From assembly GCA_976226885.1 (NCBI GenBank), contig OZ320319.1, forward strand, positions 75,640,001 through 75,704,000: a stretch of 64,000 bases of DNA, written 5' to 3'. Under the pieces are notes generated by a model, which saw only the letters and a list, made by a program, of their open reading frames with translations, did no database searches and was not told where the DNA came from. This stretch comes from Iphione sp. A-MEVVRFRX5 (taxonomy: Eukaryota). Positions 9,273-21,480 of the stretch are shown here, in pieces (the first letter of the stretch is position 1; every line of letters begins with the position of its first letter). Position numbers and translations under genes: made by a program.

Positions 9273-9846
9273 AATTATGTAATCTTCGACTGTGTCCAGG
9301 TGGTGAGAATACGCCTGTTCTCCCTACCTAGGAACAGTCTACTTGAGTGTTAACGTTCATTTATGTAGCTTTTGATAATTGCTTATGATGAAATGTACTT
9401 GTATTTACTCATAGAAGGTTTAATCTTGTTTAGAGTTTGAAGTTGATTGTGCCTCATATTATCATTATATAATTTTTTTAAACTTATTCATTTGAGATGG
9501 ATGGAACAACTAGCTAGAGTAGGATTTTATTCATTGTGTGACATGTTTTTATTGTATTATGTATTCTGAGCATTTACCTATTCTCTTACACCGTATTAGG
9601 TTTGTGGTTATACATATATAATCTATATGGTATATAACTTATTTATGATATGTAATGCATGCAATACATTCTAACCATGATATATGTAACTTGTTTTGAG
9701 TCACTAGATATTCAAGCAATTACAACCATATCTACTATCTTATACATACTCTCATTATTTAATTGAGTTACCTCTCGCTGACTTCGTATTTATTCAACAC
9801 CTTCTATGAAACACCTACCTCAGTTCTGATGGAACAGAACTTTTCC

Positions 9847-9860
9847 AGAGAGGAGGTGAG
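9847..9860 (+). other. Polypurine tract (PPT)
   Basis: AGAGAGGAGGTGAG immediately 5' of TGTTAAC. Confidence 0.75.
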
Positions 9861-10660
9861 TGTTAACATATTAATGTACTCAATATTGTGAATCCTACAC
9901 TGTCTCAATTGTGGGATATGTTTTTAACCTTATCTACCATTAACTCTGTATTATCTTAATGTTTCACTCAGGTTTTAACCCTTTGCATGGCTTGCAGGCT
10001 CTATAGCCACAAGACTTCGATTTGGAGTGTATTTCTGGGTAGTATAGAGTAGGTAGGTTAGGGTTCAGGCGAGGAGGGAGCATCTGAGTAAATATAGCCC
10101 TTGCCAGAGGGGAGGGGGCTCTGCCCCATCCAGCTCAGGCAGGCAGAGGGCTAGCGCTGGGAGTTGCTCCCTGGGCACTGGCCAGTACAGTACTACCTTC
10201 AAAATCGACCTGGATACTCCCTCATCTCCTGTATTAATTGTGGTGAATCAGAGTTGTTCCTATTCCATCTCACATCTATGTAACTGTGTGCATTGTTGAG
10301 ATGGAATATACACCTTACAGCGGATCCCTGTTGTTGTCTTATTGGATTTAATACACCAGGAACACACACACACACACTACCATACATACAGACATTGCTC
10401 CCCACATATAACCCTGCAAAGGAGTTATACCGGACGTTCTATTATCCACAAAGGAACAAGTGTGTATCTACCAAACCCCACACAAGGGTTTGGACTCCTG
10501 GAGACATTTCCACCAGACACTCTTTCACAACTGTGAGCTGTTTTGTGATGCTCATGTAGCAGTGTGTCGAGCAAGAGGAAAGCACGGTCTGACAACAAGT
10601 TCACACAAGCGTCCAACTGACAGGAGCAAATCGTGACCTTTTAGGACTTTCCCCGTAACA
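9861..10660 (+). repeat. 3' LTR (~800 bp; end could be 10668)
   Basis: Begins TGTTA right after the PPT and ends GTAACA (TGTTA/TAACA inverted termini); TATA-like TAAATATA at 10089-10096; a second GTAACA ends at 10668; the 5' LTR is not available for confirmation. Confidence 0.7.
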
Positions 10661-10942
10661 GTGTAACATGTAGAAGTAATGAAGCTCTTTACTTTCGCCG
10701 TTTCGTTTCTCATCTCTGGGAACTAGACGCATCCCGGCCATCTTTACTTCATTAATGCTGTGGGACTTTCAATCGACCCTGGTTTTCCGGACAAGCACGT
10801 CCTGCTTTGAAATCACCAGTTCGGACAGGGGGGGGGGGCGTAAAGGTGATAACTAAACCTGAAGCTTTGAGCCAGCAGAGGGAGGAGCCCCCACACGCGA
10901 TTTCAGAGAGATATTCCCAGATAGCTGTGACATGTACCACCG

Positions 10943-10985
10943 GCGCATGCGCGACTAGATTCAATAGCAGCTGCCAGGTGGCGCT
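10943..10985 (+). promoter_or_regulatory. NRF1 palindrome plus CTCF-like motif upstream of the transporter start codon
   Basis: GCGCATGCGC at 10943-10952; GCTGCCAGGTGGCGCT at 10970-10985; locally CpG-rich. Confidence 0.5.
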
Positions 10986-11640
10986 TGGGCACTCGGTGGC
11001 GCTGCCCTGAAGCTGGACGGGGAAGCTGGGGCCCTGTGGTTTAAAACCGTCTGCGGCACCTGTCCTCCTCGACAATCCCTAGATGGATGGCGACGTTGAT
11101 GGGTGATAATAAGGCAGGTTTGTCAACGTTCTTGACCCCCCGAGGAGGTGCATGACAAGGACTTTTCCTACTACGGCTACTACCACGAAACTTTGCCTCT
11201 CACACGCAGTGTAGATTGAGAGTACACCGAGTGGATATTGGCCAAGTCCGTCTGCTTATGAGAACCGCAACGGCAATTGAATTGGCCAAGGACGTAGCAT
11301 GTTAAAGAAGCCTTCGAAATCAGATGTTTAGGATTTAAATCAGGAAGCGACATCATCGGTGCCATTAAATGTGGCCTGGGGGGAAAGCCCTTTAACACGT
11401 CTGGAGAAAGAGGAACACAAGCACATTTAAGATAGTTTTGGAATACATATTCAAAGGACAGTGAATTTGTTAAAACGCCACTTATCTAGCTAGGGAATGT
11501 GACAAGAGTCCATCATGGGCTAACTTCTACGATTCAGGAACATAAAAGATTTATTGAACACAGTTCTCTACTTCGGACATTGAACACTTTTTGAACATTT
11601 GCTATTTCATTCGAGGAGAAAAGAAAAATTAGGTCTCGGA

Positions 11641-11770
11641 ATGCAACCTATTGGGCCTGACGAGGCTGACATGCCGGACTGGCTCCAGCGGATCCGGAAG
11701 TCACGCCATCTTGTTCTGTTTATTGTGTTCCTCGGACTTCTATTGGACAACATTCTTTTGACAGTGGTCG
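11641..11770 (+). CDS. VMAT: SLC18A vesicular amine transporter, coding exon 1 (start could be 11671)
   Basis: [43 protein letters not shown]; TM1 Asp retained; donor G|GTAGGT, phase 1. Confidence 0.93.
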
Positions 11771-13823
11771 GTAGGTACCCATCTGATTTTTCTTTCAGCA
11801 AAGCTTTGGGATTTAAATAATAAGTTTATTTTGCTCTGTTTTCTATCACCTTCTTTCTCACAAACTTTCTCCTTCTGCTTGTATTTACATACGTCCTCAT
11901 CTCTCTTCTTGAGCCACTTACGCATAAATGATTACTAGGCCTTTCTATCTAGCAAGTCCTGAGCTTTCCATTTCCACTTTCCTTCGTTTAGAGTAACGGT
12001 AGCCGTGTTGGAAAACCCAAATTTTTATTTATCTCCTAATGTACCGAATTCCACACTTACCAGGAATTCTTATCAACGTACATGCCATGTGCCCCGCCGA
12101 CCTCTTTCCCATGGACACCGTGTTTTCCCTGACATTTGCGGGCTATTTGACCTGGACTTATTTCCTAACAAAATACACATCCGTCCCCTATTGTGGACCT
12201 GCCTCTTGTTGTAATCGTATCCTGTTCATCTCAAAACCAGCGTGCCTCAGCAAAGGTTGCCTGCTGGGCACTTCCCTCGCCAAAAACTCTGGAGAACTCC
12301 ACGCTCTGACGTCGGAGGGTCCACGCCCGTCACTGTGATGTGACCTCTGACCGGTCCACAAACCCCAACAGCTACCTTCCCACCATAACAACCATCCACT
12401 TAACTTCATATGAAAGCCTCGGGGACCTCCCGCATTTCCTCAACCTAGGCTGTCTAGTAGCAGTTTTAGTAATAGCACTCGCACCTATAAGAAGATTAAG
12501 CTTTCACAGTCTTACGCCAACCTGACTGTTTCTGCCTTCATCTCTAGTTCTCTGTATATTACTATGAATTTTTTCTATCAATCTATATTTCTATCTCTAT
12601 ATACATCTATCCTCATCTATATATTCTTTGTTATGCCCTTTTTTCGACCAAAAGATCGGATTCGGCAGAGGCACGTGCTCTCTTGTACCTTGATTTTTTT
12701 TCTAGAATTGCTCTCCTTTGTTCAGTCCCATCCTTTATCCATCGATCTTAGTCTTGCACATACCGCAGATGGTAGCCACTTGCGGTCGTCTAATTGACTT
12801 TCCTTCTTTCTTCCTTGCTCCTATCTGGTCTTTAACTTGTTTTTGACCTCTAACCTGCTTCCCGCCTCCCGCCAACTCTACCTCCCGAAGGTTCAAGACC
12901 TCAGTACCCTGGCGTGGCTCTTCTCACAGATGCTGGCTCGTTAGGCACAGACACTAATGATGAAAGGGTGGTAACACTCGCTGCACATGCCAGCTGGGCC
13001 CGCTACGTGCCCGGACCTCTTCACCAGATGTATATGTTTCAAACTTGCCCGGTGTCAGTTACTTTTCTTACGGGGATTTAAGCTCGTTACCCCTGGAGCA
13101 GTTTGTTTATTTTCGTTTAGAAGTGGAAGTAAGGAAATCTCATCAAGGACGTTCCTACCACTGCAAAATTATATGGTAGCGTGGCTAATCTACTGATTTC
13201 TGTCGACTAGATCGTTAACAGCAGGAAGAGCCGATTTTTAAGATAAGATTATTGCCTTCCACCGTTCTAATCAGGACGTTTTCCAAAGAGCTGGAGTTGC
13301 TAGAGCCACATTATATATCCAGTGCTGACCCTTGAAGATGAAGATCATCACAGTATTATAGAATTGATATATTCTAGAGACTATACTTAAAACGGGTAGA
13401 ATGATAACAGGGGATAGTGTGTTTATCTTCGTCTTTAGACGCACAATGGGCGTGTCCCTACTCCACAGATCGGGAGTGCTTCATGTTTACCTTGCTGTGT
13501 CTTCTCATGCTCAAACCAGAACTGACGTTGCTTATTTTTCGAGTATGCAGATCTGTAGCCGGCCTAGTAGAGCGCGAATGGTGGAATGAGACATCATTTA
13601 GATATGAAGGATATACATCTATATCTACAGGAGGCACGGCCGATAACAATTGCTGTATTATTTTGATTGATAAAAAAGTAGGTAAAAAATCCAGCCTCTA
13701 GTGGACACGTTCAAGCAACTCTATATTACAAAAGTACCAAAATCTGGCGTACGTAGGCAAAAGATTCACGGAAATGGTTAAAGCATTGGTAGATTTTGTC
13801 CTCTCTCTCCCCCCACTCTCTCT

Positions 13824-13831
<8 letters not shown>

Positions 13832-13864
<33 letters not shown>

Positions 13865-14099
13865 CGCATCTATAGCTACAAGGTTATATGAAATTATGTA
13901 TAAATATTTAGTGGAAGACAAGGTTCGGGCATAATCCATAATTACTCAAGTATGAACGTTAGATCCTAAAAAAGAGACAGCCATAGAGAGGGAGAGAAAG
14001 AGAGAGAGAGAGGCAGAATACACAGAGGAAGTTAGGGAGGGAAAGAGTTAAAAGGGAAACCCTTTATCGTTATGAACTTTAGATCTTAAAGAGAGAGCC

Positions 14100-14146
<47 letters not shown>
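13832..14146. repeat. (CT)n at 13832-13862 and (GA)n at ~14109-14146 microsatellites
   Basis: Direct reading. Confidence 0.9.
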
Positions 14147-14150
<4 letters not shown>

Positions 14151-14305
14151 AAGAAAACACAAAGGAAGCTAGGGAGGGAGGGAAAGCGATAAAGTGAAGC
14201 CCTTTTATTATCATTCAGAACCAGCATGTAATAGAATGATGAGAAGGTGAGGGAGAGAAGGGTGTACATATCCGTCTCTCTATATATGCGGGTGTACGAC
14301 GTTTG

Positions 14306-14806
14306 ATCGAATCCCACTATATCGAATGGTCTCTTTAAAGAAGAGACTTTTTATCGACAGGACACCTTATCGAATGACTTTTTATCGAATCCCACTATAT
14401 CGAATGGTCCATATGCTTAGAATATGTTTGTATTAAGTGACTCTATTTTGCTAAAGGTAACAAGTATAATTACGATATGTAAATGTGTTTGATCACCTCA
14501 TTAGAAGTGTGTCATTTGAACCTGGTCTCTGTACATATCTCTATGTATTTCATCTCCAGGTAAAATAAAAGTATTTTTAAAAAAAAACAGAAAAACATAG
14601 CATCAGCTATATACATGACAACCTCCTTCTTATCTATGAAGCAATAATGTACAATGGAACATACTTGTATTCAAACGTCAGTCCAATTAGCAACCAAATG
14701 ATAGTCCTGTTCTCTAGCCCAACTTTTCGATATAGATTTTCTATAAAGAGTCTTTCGATAAAACGTCCTGTCGATAAATTGTCCCTTCGATATAGTGGGA
14801 TTCGAT
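14306..14806. mobile_element. MITE-like element with a 21-bp perfect inverted repeat and internal ATCGAA-type subrepeats
   Basis: ATCGAATCCCACTATATCGAA (14306-14326) vs TTCGATATAGTGGGATTCGAT (14786-14806); true termini may lie slightly outside. Confidence 0.7.
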
Positions 14807-17800
14807 ACACAGTCGGTCTCCCATATATGCTGTGTGATATACACACATGTACATTTACACGAAACCTATCTGCTGTTAATCAACATACCAGTTCAGTCTG
14901 TTTTTCATTACATTTTGACATGCCTTTACTATAATGTATTTAATGATGAGAATAGATGACTTTCTAACCATTACATCTCCCTGTTCTGACAGATCACGAG
15001 CCTTGTTCTAAAGGTATTTACAAATGTTATGATAAGGTTTGACTGCTCTCGACTATTAAAGTAATGGTGACCATCCTTCCCTTATAGAAGTTTCATATGC
15101 TTATGCTTCTCTATAGTGAGGCTTTCTTAAGTTAATCTGAATTGAGAAGGATTGTTGAGGGGCTGGATTTAATGTAAGTCAAACGTTATTTTTATATCCC
15201 GTTCGCCTTACATCCACACGTTACAATATTTCACATGGAGAAACAATGACAACAAAGATAAAAAAAGATTACCATGCATGAGCGCTTTTGTCACAATGAT
15301 ATTTTTGCCTGATTTCTATGGACAGCAGGACAACAAAACTTGCGGTAATAGTAGGTACGGAAATTCTGCGCCCAGAAAAATAACGGCCCTCCCTCACCCA
15401 GACCCCCACGACATAAGAGAGAGGCACTGAATGTTTCCCGTGGCGACACCTGTCACTGATCACGAGAGGTACTGCCCTCGCCCCTTCCCCTCCCTTCGTG
15501 GGGCCTTCTATCTATTGGGACACCAGCCCACTCCTCCTTCTAGAGGGGAACCTCCCTGAGAAGGGGTCATACGGTATAACTGTCGGGGTCTAGTTAGTGT
15601 ACAATTAAGGGAGGGCAAAACGGTAGGTGGTTGAATCTTTCTCAGAGGTGTACTCCGGCATAGCCAATCTTGAGAAAGACTCTGCACAAGAAGCTATCCA
15701 GATTTCTCAGGGAAAGTAGCCTATGAAATAGAGAATTCATATTGCATGGGAATGTATAGTCTCTACGTAAAATTCATTTTACGTACATCCATCAGAAATA
15801 GAAGGTTACATCAAGGATTGTAATGTATTGGTCTATATTCTCAGGTTTCGATCAATAACTAGGGAAATTCGCCAGTCGCTTTTTTTGATTGACAGTTGAA
15901 GCTAACCAGCCACAACACATCCTGTCCAAAGCCTGGAATATTCAAGCAGGCACAAACAAACCTATCTAGCATTGAAGGCAATGGGAACGCGAAATGTTTC
16001 TCTTAATATTGTATAGATAGAATTATTTCTTTTACATGCAGAACCAGGATAACAAATGATTCACAGCAACTTTGGTATGTTTGCATCAAATAAATTCTAA
16101 GATACAAGAGGTCAAAGATGACGGATTTAGCATTGGAAAGGCCTAGGAAGCATGTAGCTTGTCTATGCTGGAAGCCTGTGGCTATGATGCTTGGCAGTGG
16201 GAGGAGTTATCTCACCAAAAGTGATCAGTGATACTCAATCGTACGGAGGATTTCCTGTGTATGCTTGCTTCTCTGTTTCCATGGTTACGTATTTATGAGA
16301 AACGTAGAGAGTCTACCTATCTTTCTTCATATATTTCTGTTTGCCCATTCTTTACTTCCCAAACTTACTTGACAGAGTGGGCCTGTGCCTGGACAGATGA
16401 ATAGATAGGGTAATCCCCCCCCCCTGTCCAGAAAATGACCTCAGGCGAGGTAGACCTATAAGAGGATCATGTTCCCGTGGCCAAAGGCGACGTCGTGCGG
16501 CCATTGAAGATACCAAAATAAACAAACCTGGTGATACAAATAGCATAAAACGTGCCAGGTAGTCGCAGATAAACACAACCCCAAACTCACCAGTGCAGAT
16601 GGCGAAGTTTGTTTAGGTTTAAGATTTCCCCTGCAAGGTTCGGGGATCTTCCTGTGGGTTTTCGGTTGAGTTGTCGTAAGAAATGGAGCCGATCATGTGA
16701 GACTTTATTCTGCGTTTTTTTCTGTTCTTTTGCTAGGACGTACTTTCTTTCATGTGTTCTCGGTTGTAGACTTCAGTATAGTGTTTCATTATACTCTTTT
16801 AACGATCAAAGAAGTTCAAAAATCGATAGGAACAACATTGAGTCAGCATCGATTTACATGTACATATACATGTTATACTGAATTTACCCAAAGAGTCCAT
16901 TCCTTACCCTACCTAAAAAAATTTTGACCTTAAAGAGTTTCCAAGGCTGAATTCCCTTAGATGTGTGTTTTCATGACACATGTTTTTCTGTAAATTCAGT
17001 AGAATAACAAAAAAATCCATGGAAATTCTCTAAAAAAACTGTAAAACTCCTACAGATTGGTCAAACTTCTTGATATTCTCTTTATTATTGAAAACCAGAG
17101 GAAGAAACTGGAAAAGAATCTTAAAAAAATGATGCCCCTCCTCCCTACCTAGGTTTTTGGCTGGTCATTACCAGAAACACACCTATTTTTTTTGGCCTAT
17201 GGGGTAATGGGCCTATGCCCCGATCGTGCATACAGATTCGATTGATTCACATGTGCACGTGTTCTTGCTTCTGCTGTCAGGAAATAAGTGTTTCTTTCAT
17301 TCGAACATGTCCCATTAGAAGAAACACAATTTCCCTGTTGTTGGCATAGACATGTGGATGGGAGATACGCATATATGAAAACTGAGGCCAAGGGGGTCTT
17401 TCCCTGTGTATGTAAAGTATGTACACAGAAACAGGGCTGGGACTGCAGGAAATGCGAACTAACTGTATTTTGATGAAGCCTTTCCATGTACATAAAGTTA
17501 ATGCACTAGTACACACCAGTCTGCAAGAATCCCATATTATAATATTCATTACAAACACACACAGACATACACATGCACCTGTTATATTCGGTAAAGCGAA
17601 CGTATTTCAAGGGCGAGTGCCATAATGGAAAGGATTAGACAGTCACTGGACGGGTCTTGGAGAGTTGGATGGCCTGAACATATACTGCTCATGATGATAT
17701 CAGGGGAGATAAGGGTTCGTAAAGCCTTCACAGTCTAGCCCCATTTTAACATGCACTTTATTTATTGCAATTGTCAGTATTCTCACAATCATTCACCAAC

Positions 17801-19216
17801 ATGGTATGCATTCGTGTGATCTATATAGAATCTTTGAACTGCCCGGTGATAAAAGGTTCTGGTTTCTGAGCTCTGTATAGGGGGACTGCTACTGAGGTCA
17901 ACCACCCAAAAAGACCCTAAAGCATTCTCAAATGTTTTTTATTTCTGTAACAAGCTTGGTTTCCTAAGAACATATAGGCAAATGAGTCAAAGAAATGTGC
18001 TCTCTTTGAAGATATCATAAAACTATTATTTTCAACTCCGAAGCAATAAAGCTGAAATTTCGTATGGCCTTCTTTGCTTCGGCTTGTTGTCAGAAAAACT
18101 TTACTCTCCTACTTCACATCCGCGTTTCCGGTGGGATTATCTGTGTTTTAGCCCTACAACCACTGTTAGTCATGGGAATCCCTAACTAATGACGCTTTCC
18201 TTGCAGACAGTCGGCCAAATCAGACACAGGTGCACAGTGTACACATACTGACGCCATCAGCCATTTTCTTCGAGAGTTAGAAGCGCGAATGCCACCAGGT
18301 GTACAGCTTTTTTGTACAATACTTTTGAGCAAGTGAGGAAAAAAACGGGGATAGAACTGGCTGCACTTTCCAAGATTTTCGTCCATTTGGAGCTCATTAT
18401 TAGAGGTAGAACCAGCTGTAAGATAGTGGCTATCTATATCAGAGGGAAACTGCAGGCCTCCAAACGTTCTCCCTTTTTTAAGATTCAACCCAGGATGTTT
18501 ACTATACTTCTACATTATGGCTCACTAGTAAATTATAGCACCTCATCTGACATCTGACTTTCATTGATGACTTTACTTTTTTATGCTCTAGATCGCCGAG
18601 TGAAGGATTCAAGAGTACCTTAAGTCCTGAGTGTTTGTTCAGTAATTCCTAACATTTTTGCTGTATCTCTAATTATCCAAACACCCGACTCCCCGAGAGA
18701 AACAGTACTTTATTACACATCGACACTAAATATTCCAGCTTTTCTGCATCTTATCAACAAATCAATGAGTAAGGATCATTTGTACTAACGCTGAACTTAC
18801 ATTTTCGATGCGAGAAACAGTTCATTTAAGGAAAAGGAAAATGTAAAGAAGCAAGTAGAGTTGAATGAGACCTTTGGAATGTTTCTAGTGGGTTATGACA
18901 GTCCTGAGTTGGTTATAGTGCCAGTTGACTAAGAAACTCTTTGTGAAAGACAATAGGTGTTGGGAAGAAACTTACTTTAAATGAGAGTTTAGGACTAAGG
19001 ACTGGGTAGAATGATTCTGGTTGTGTTTCTATATGTATGATTTAGATTATGGTGTGTGTCGCTTCGAGTGTTGATAATATAAAGCAAATTATTTACAAAA
19101 AATAACGAAAACTGGTCATTGATACAAAACTGTCAAAACGTTGCCCAAATGTTGTGTCCTGCTGGCGATGCAAAAGACTAATTGCTAACATTCCCATAAT
19201 GGCAGCTCAATATAGT

Positions 19217-20097
19217 TCCTGACATAACCAAGCCAGAAGATACAAGCGTTCCACCAAAAAGACAAATTTCCCAGCGTACTTACAAAATGTTAGGGAGACC
19301 TTAGCATCCGTTGGTCCACTATATCTACATACGTAATGAAATTTAGTAGCACACAATGAAACTGGCAAATTATATAAGTGGATTTCTTCATGGGAAAAAT
19401 CAAAATCACAAGAAATACAATCCTCTGATGTGGTTCGATCAAACTGCACTTAAAGGTCAATTACAGCTGTTAAATTAGAAGGCATAAGTACATGTAGTTA
19501 CCCCCATCGCGACGTTCGCACAAAGCAACATCCTTGTAAGTGGAATGGCAGAGACCTGATTCAATCCCTACAAAATATGATAAGAGATTGCACAAGGCAT
19601 TTCGAGTTGCAGATAAAATCACCTGCATATTGTAGGAGTATTGAAGCACTTCATCTTGAACAAAATACGACAAGGGAAACATCTTCAGCACAGAGTTATA
19701 GGTTGAACTTCTGAAGAGAAGACTTCTGAAGAAATACTGGTTTTCAAGCACACATAGTCCAGCATTCCCCTTGAAATTACTTTTTACCGCTTGTTTTGAT
19801 GTGAACAGTATTGGCTAAACATCTCCCTTTGAAAAAGATGCGACGAGACTCCGCTCTGGAGGAAAGGCGAGTAATATGAGTCTTCAGATACCGCCCGTAA
19901 ACCACGATTGATATGTTATCTTATAATTACTTACATAACTCTCCGTAACGGTGGGCTGGTGGAAGTGACACATTGCGGTCTTTAGACTTGCGCGAGTGAC
20001 TGTGTACAAATAAACCAACTGTTCTGGCAAAACACGCCCGATTAACTGGCCTGTCGTAGCCTTACTTCCATTACCACAGCTTGGCTAAAGATCAACA
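19217..20097 (-). other. Candidate nested antisense gene with six short introns (140-aa product, unrecognised)
   Basis: GT-AG introns of 66, 79, 77, 55, 58 and 65 nt; coding exons 19973-19935, 19855-19788, 19710-19623, 19567-19502, 19443-19284 and 19218-19217 join in one frame. Confidence 0.35.
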
Positions 20098-21480
20098 CTG
20101 AAAAACCATTCGTCAGCAGTTAAGTCAGCAGGGAATGTTTGACGTTCTGTGATTAGCAAAGTGGCCTGGCTGTGATAGGAAATACAGGGCGTGGGGAATC
20201 TCGAAACGTAACAGCGAAATTTATCATAATAGCACGAAATCTATGCATTAGTGGGGATGTCGATCTAGATCCCCAGGATGTTGGGGATTTCTGTTTTGTT
20301 CAGAAGTATATCGTAAAAACATGGGCAAAATGGTTGGCACACTCAGATCATGCCAAGCAGGAATTACGCCAAGAACAATGTCCCCTTATCATAGAGAAAT
20401 AAAATAGTTTCGATAGTCTCTTCGACTATTGACAGTAGGTGGGCTGTAAAGAAAGATGGGTCGAAGGAAATGCCCAGGGGTGGGTGTATACAAACGTGGA
20501 ACAAAAAAAGTCTAAATACAGTTTATGCATTGTGATGTATGGCAACAAAATGTGCAAAGGTAAAGTGATCTTGCAAAAAAAATCGTGCAACAAGTCGAAC
20601 ATGGCTGCAATGCTTGGAAGAAGCCTCTCTTCCCTTGGCCGCCACTTGGGCAGCACTTGTGTGTAAGCTGTCGACCAGATGCTCACTGCATTGAGTTGCG
20701 ATGGTGAGCTGCTCCGAGGGATGGACTATGAGGGGGATATCTCGTCTGGGTTCCATGTGGCCGACTGACTTTTACATAAACAAGGCCCAGGGGCTACTGC
20801 TAGCCCTCCTCCTCTGCTGGTGATGGCGAGTTGCTCGCGTGAGGCCGTAGGGAGAGCTGCTCTCGGCGAGTTTGCAGTCCCCTCCTCCGAGAAGGCGCTC
20901 GCGGGGCCTCGGAAACCCTTACAATACAGTCAGTTTGTTGGGTTTTTAGGGGGATGTCTTTCCAAAAGAGGGATCATGCCATTAAAAGGAACTCCAATAC
21001 CTATTAGGCATTTTTTCCCCATGGACACAGGTTATCATGCGTCTGCATGTGTAAGTGTTATATGTTTATATCTGATAAAGTTGCAAGCGAGGAAAATTGT
21101 GACATCCAGATGGCGTGTATGTTGAATGTATTGTTGTCCACATCTATTGCTTGCATGCACCTGCAAAAGTGGGATAATCCATCAAATCTGGATGGCCAAA
21201 ATGTTTATGGACATGTGTGCATTATGTATCAGCGCATAGAAATCCGTAATCATGATAATGTGTAGATGGAAAAACTGACTATTACAGCCTAGCATGCAGA
21301 ATGCAGAAGGATGAACCGCCTCATCTAAGAACTCGCCATTCACCTAGTGTATCGTTTGTTGCTAGAAAAAAAATGTTACTGTTATGCCAAGTCGGTAATA
21401 TTTTACCAAAAATACGACCGATAAAACAGCTCAAGGCACAGCATAATATCTTCTATCTGACAGTATAGCCTTATATTGTC

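Larger units (their letters stand above)
1..10660 (+). mobile_element. Env-bearing Ty3/gypsy LTR retroelement (errantivirus-like); 5' LTR, gag, protease and RT N-terminus lie upstream of the window
   Basis: RT-RH-INT order in an uninterrupted pol ORF, 985-aa F-type env ORF, purine tract directly followed by TGTTA...TAACA-bounded LTR. Confidence 0.95.

Noticed and set aside
17288-17520. CKVC...WDCRKC motif reminiscent of the piggyBac C-terminal Cys-rich domain
   Set aside because: Short, frameshifted, no DDD domain or TTAA/TIR found
18186-18557. Overlapping 100-aa and 81-aa ORFs with protein-like look
   Set aside because: No recognisable family; open frames on both strands; possible decayed element
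20426-20950. GC-rich coding-like patch
   Set aside because: All frames interrupted; no homology recognised
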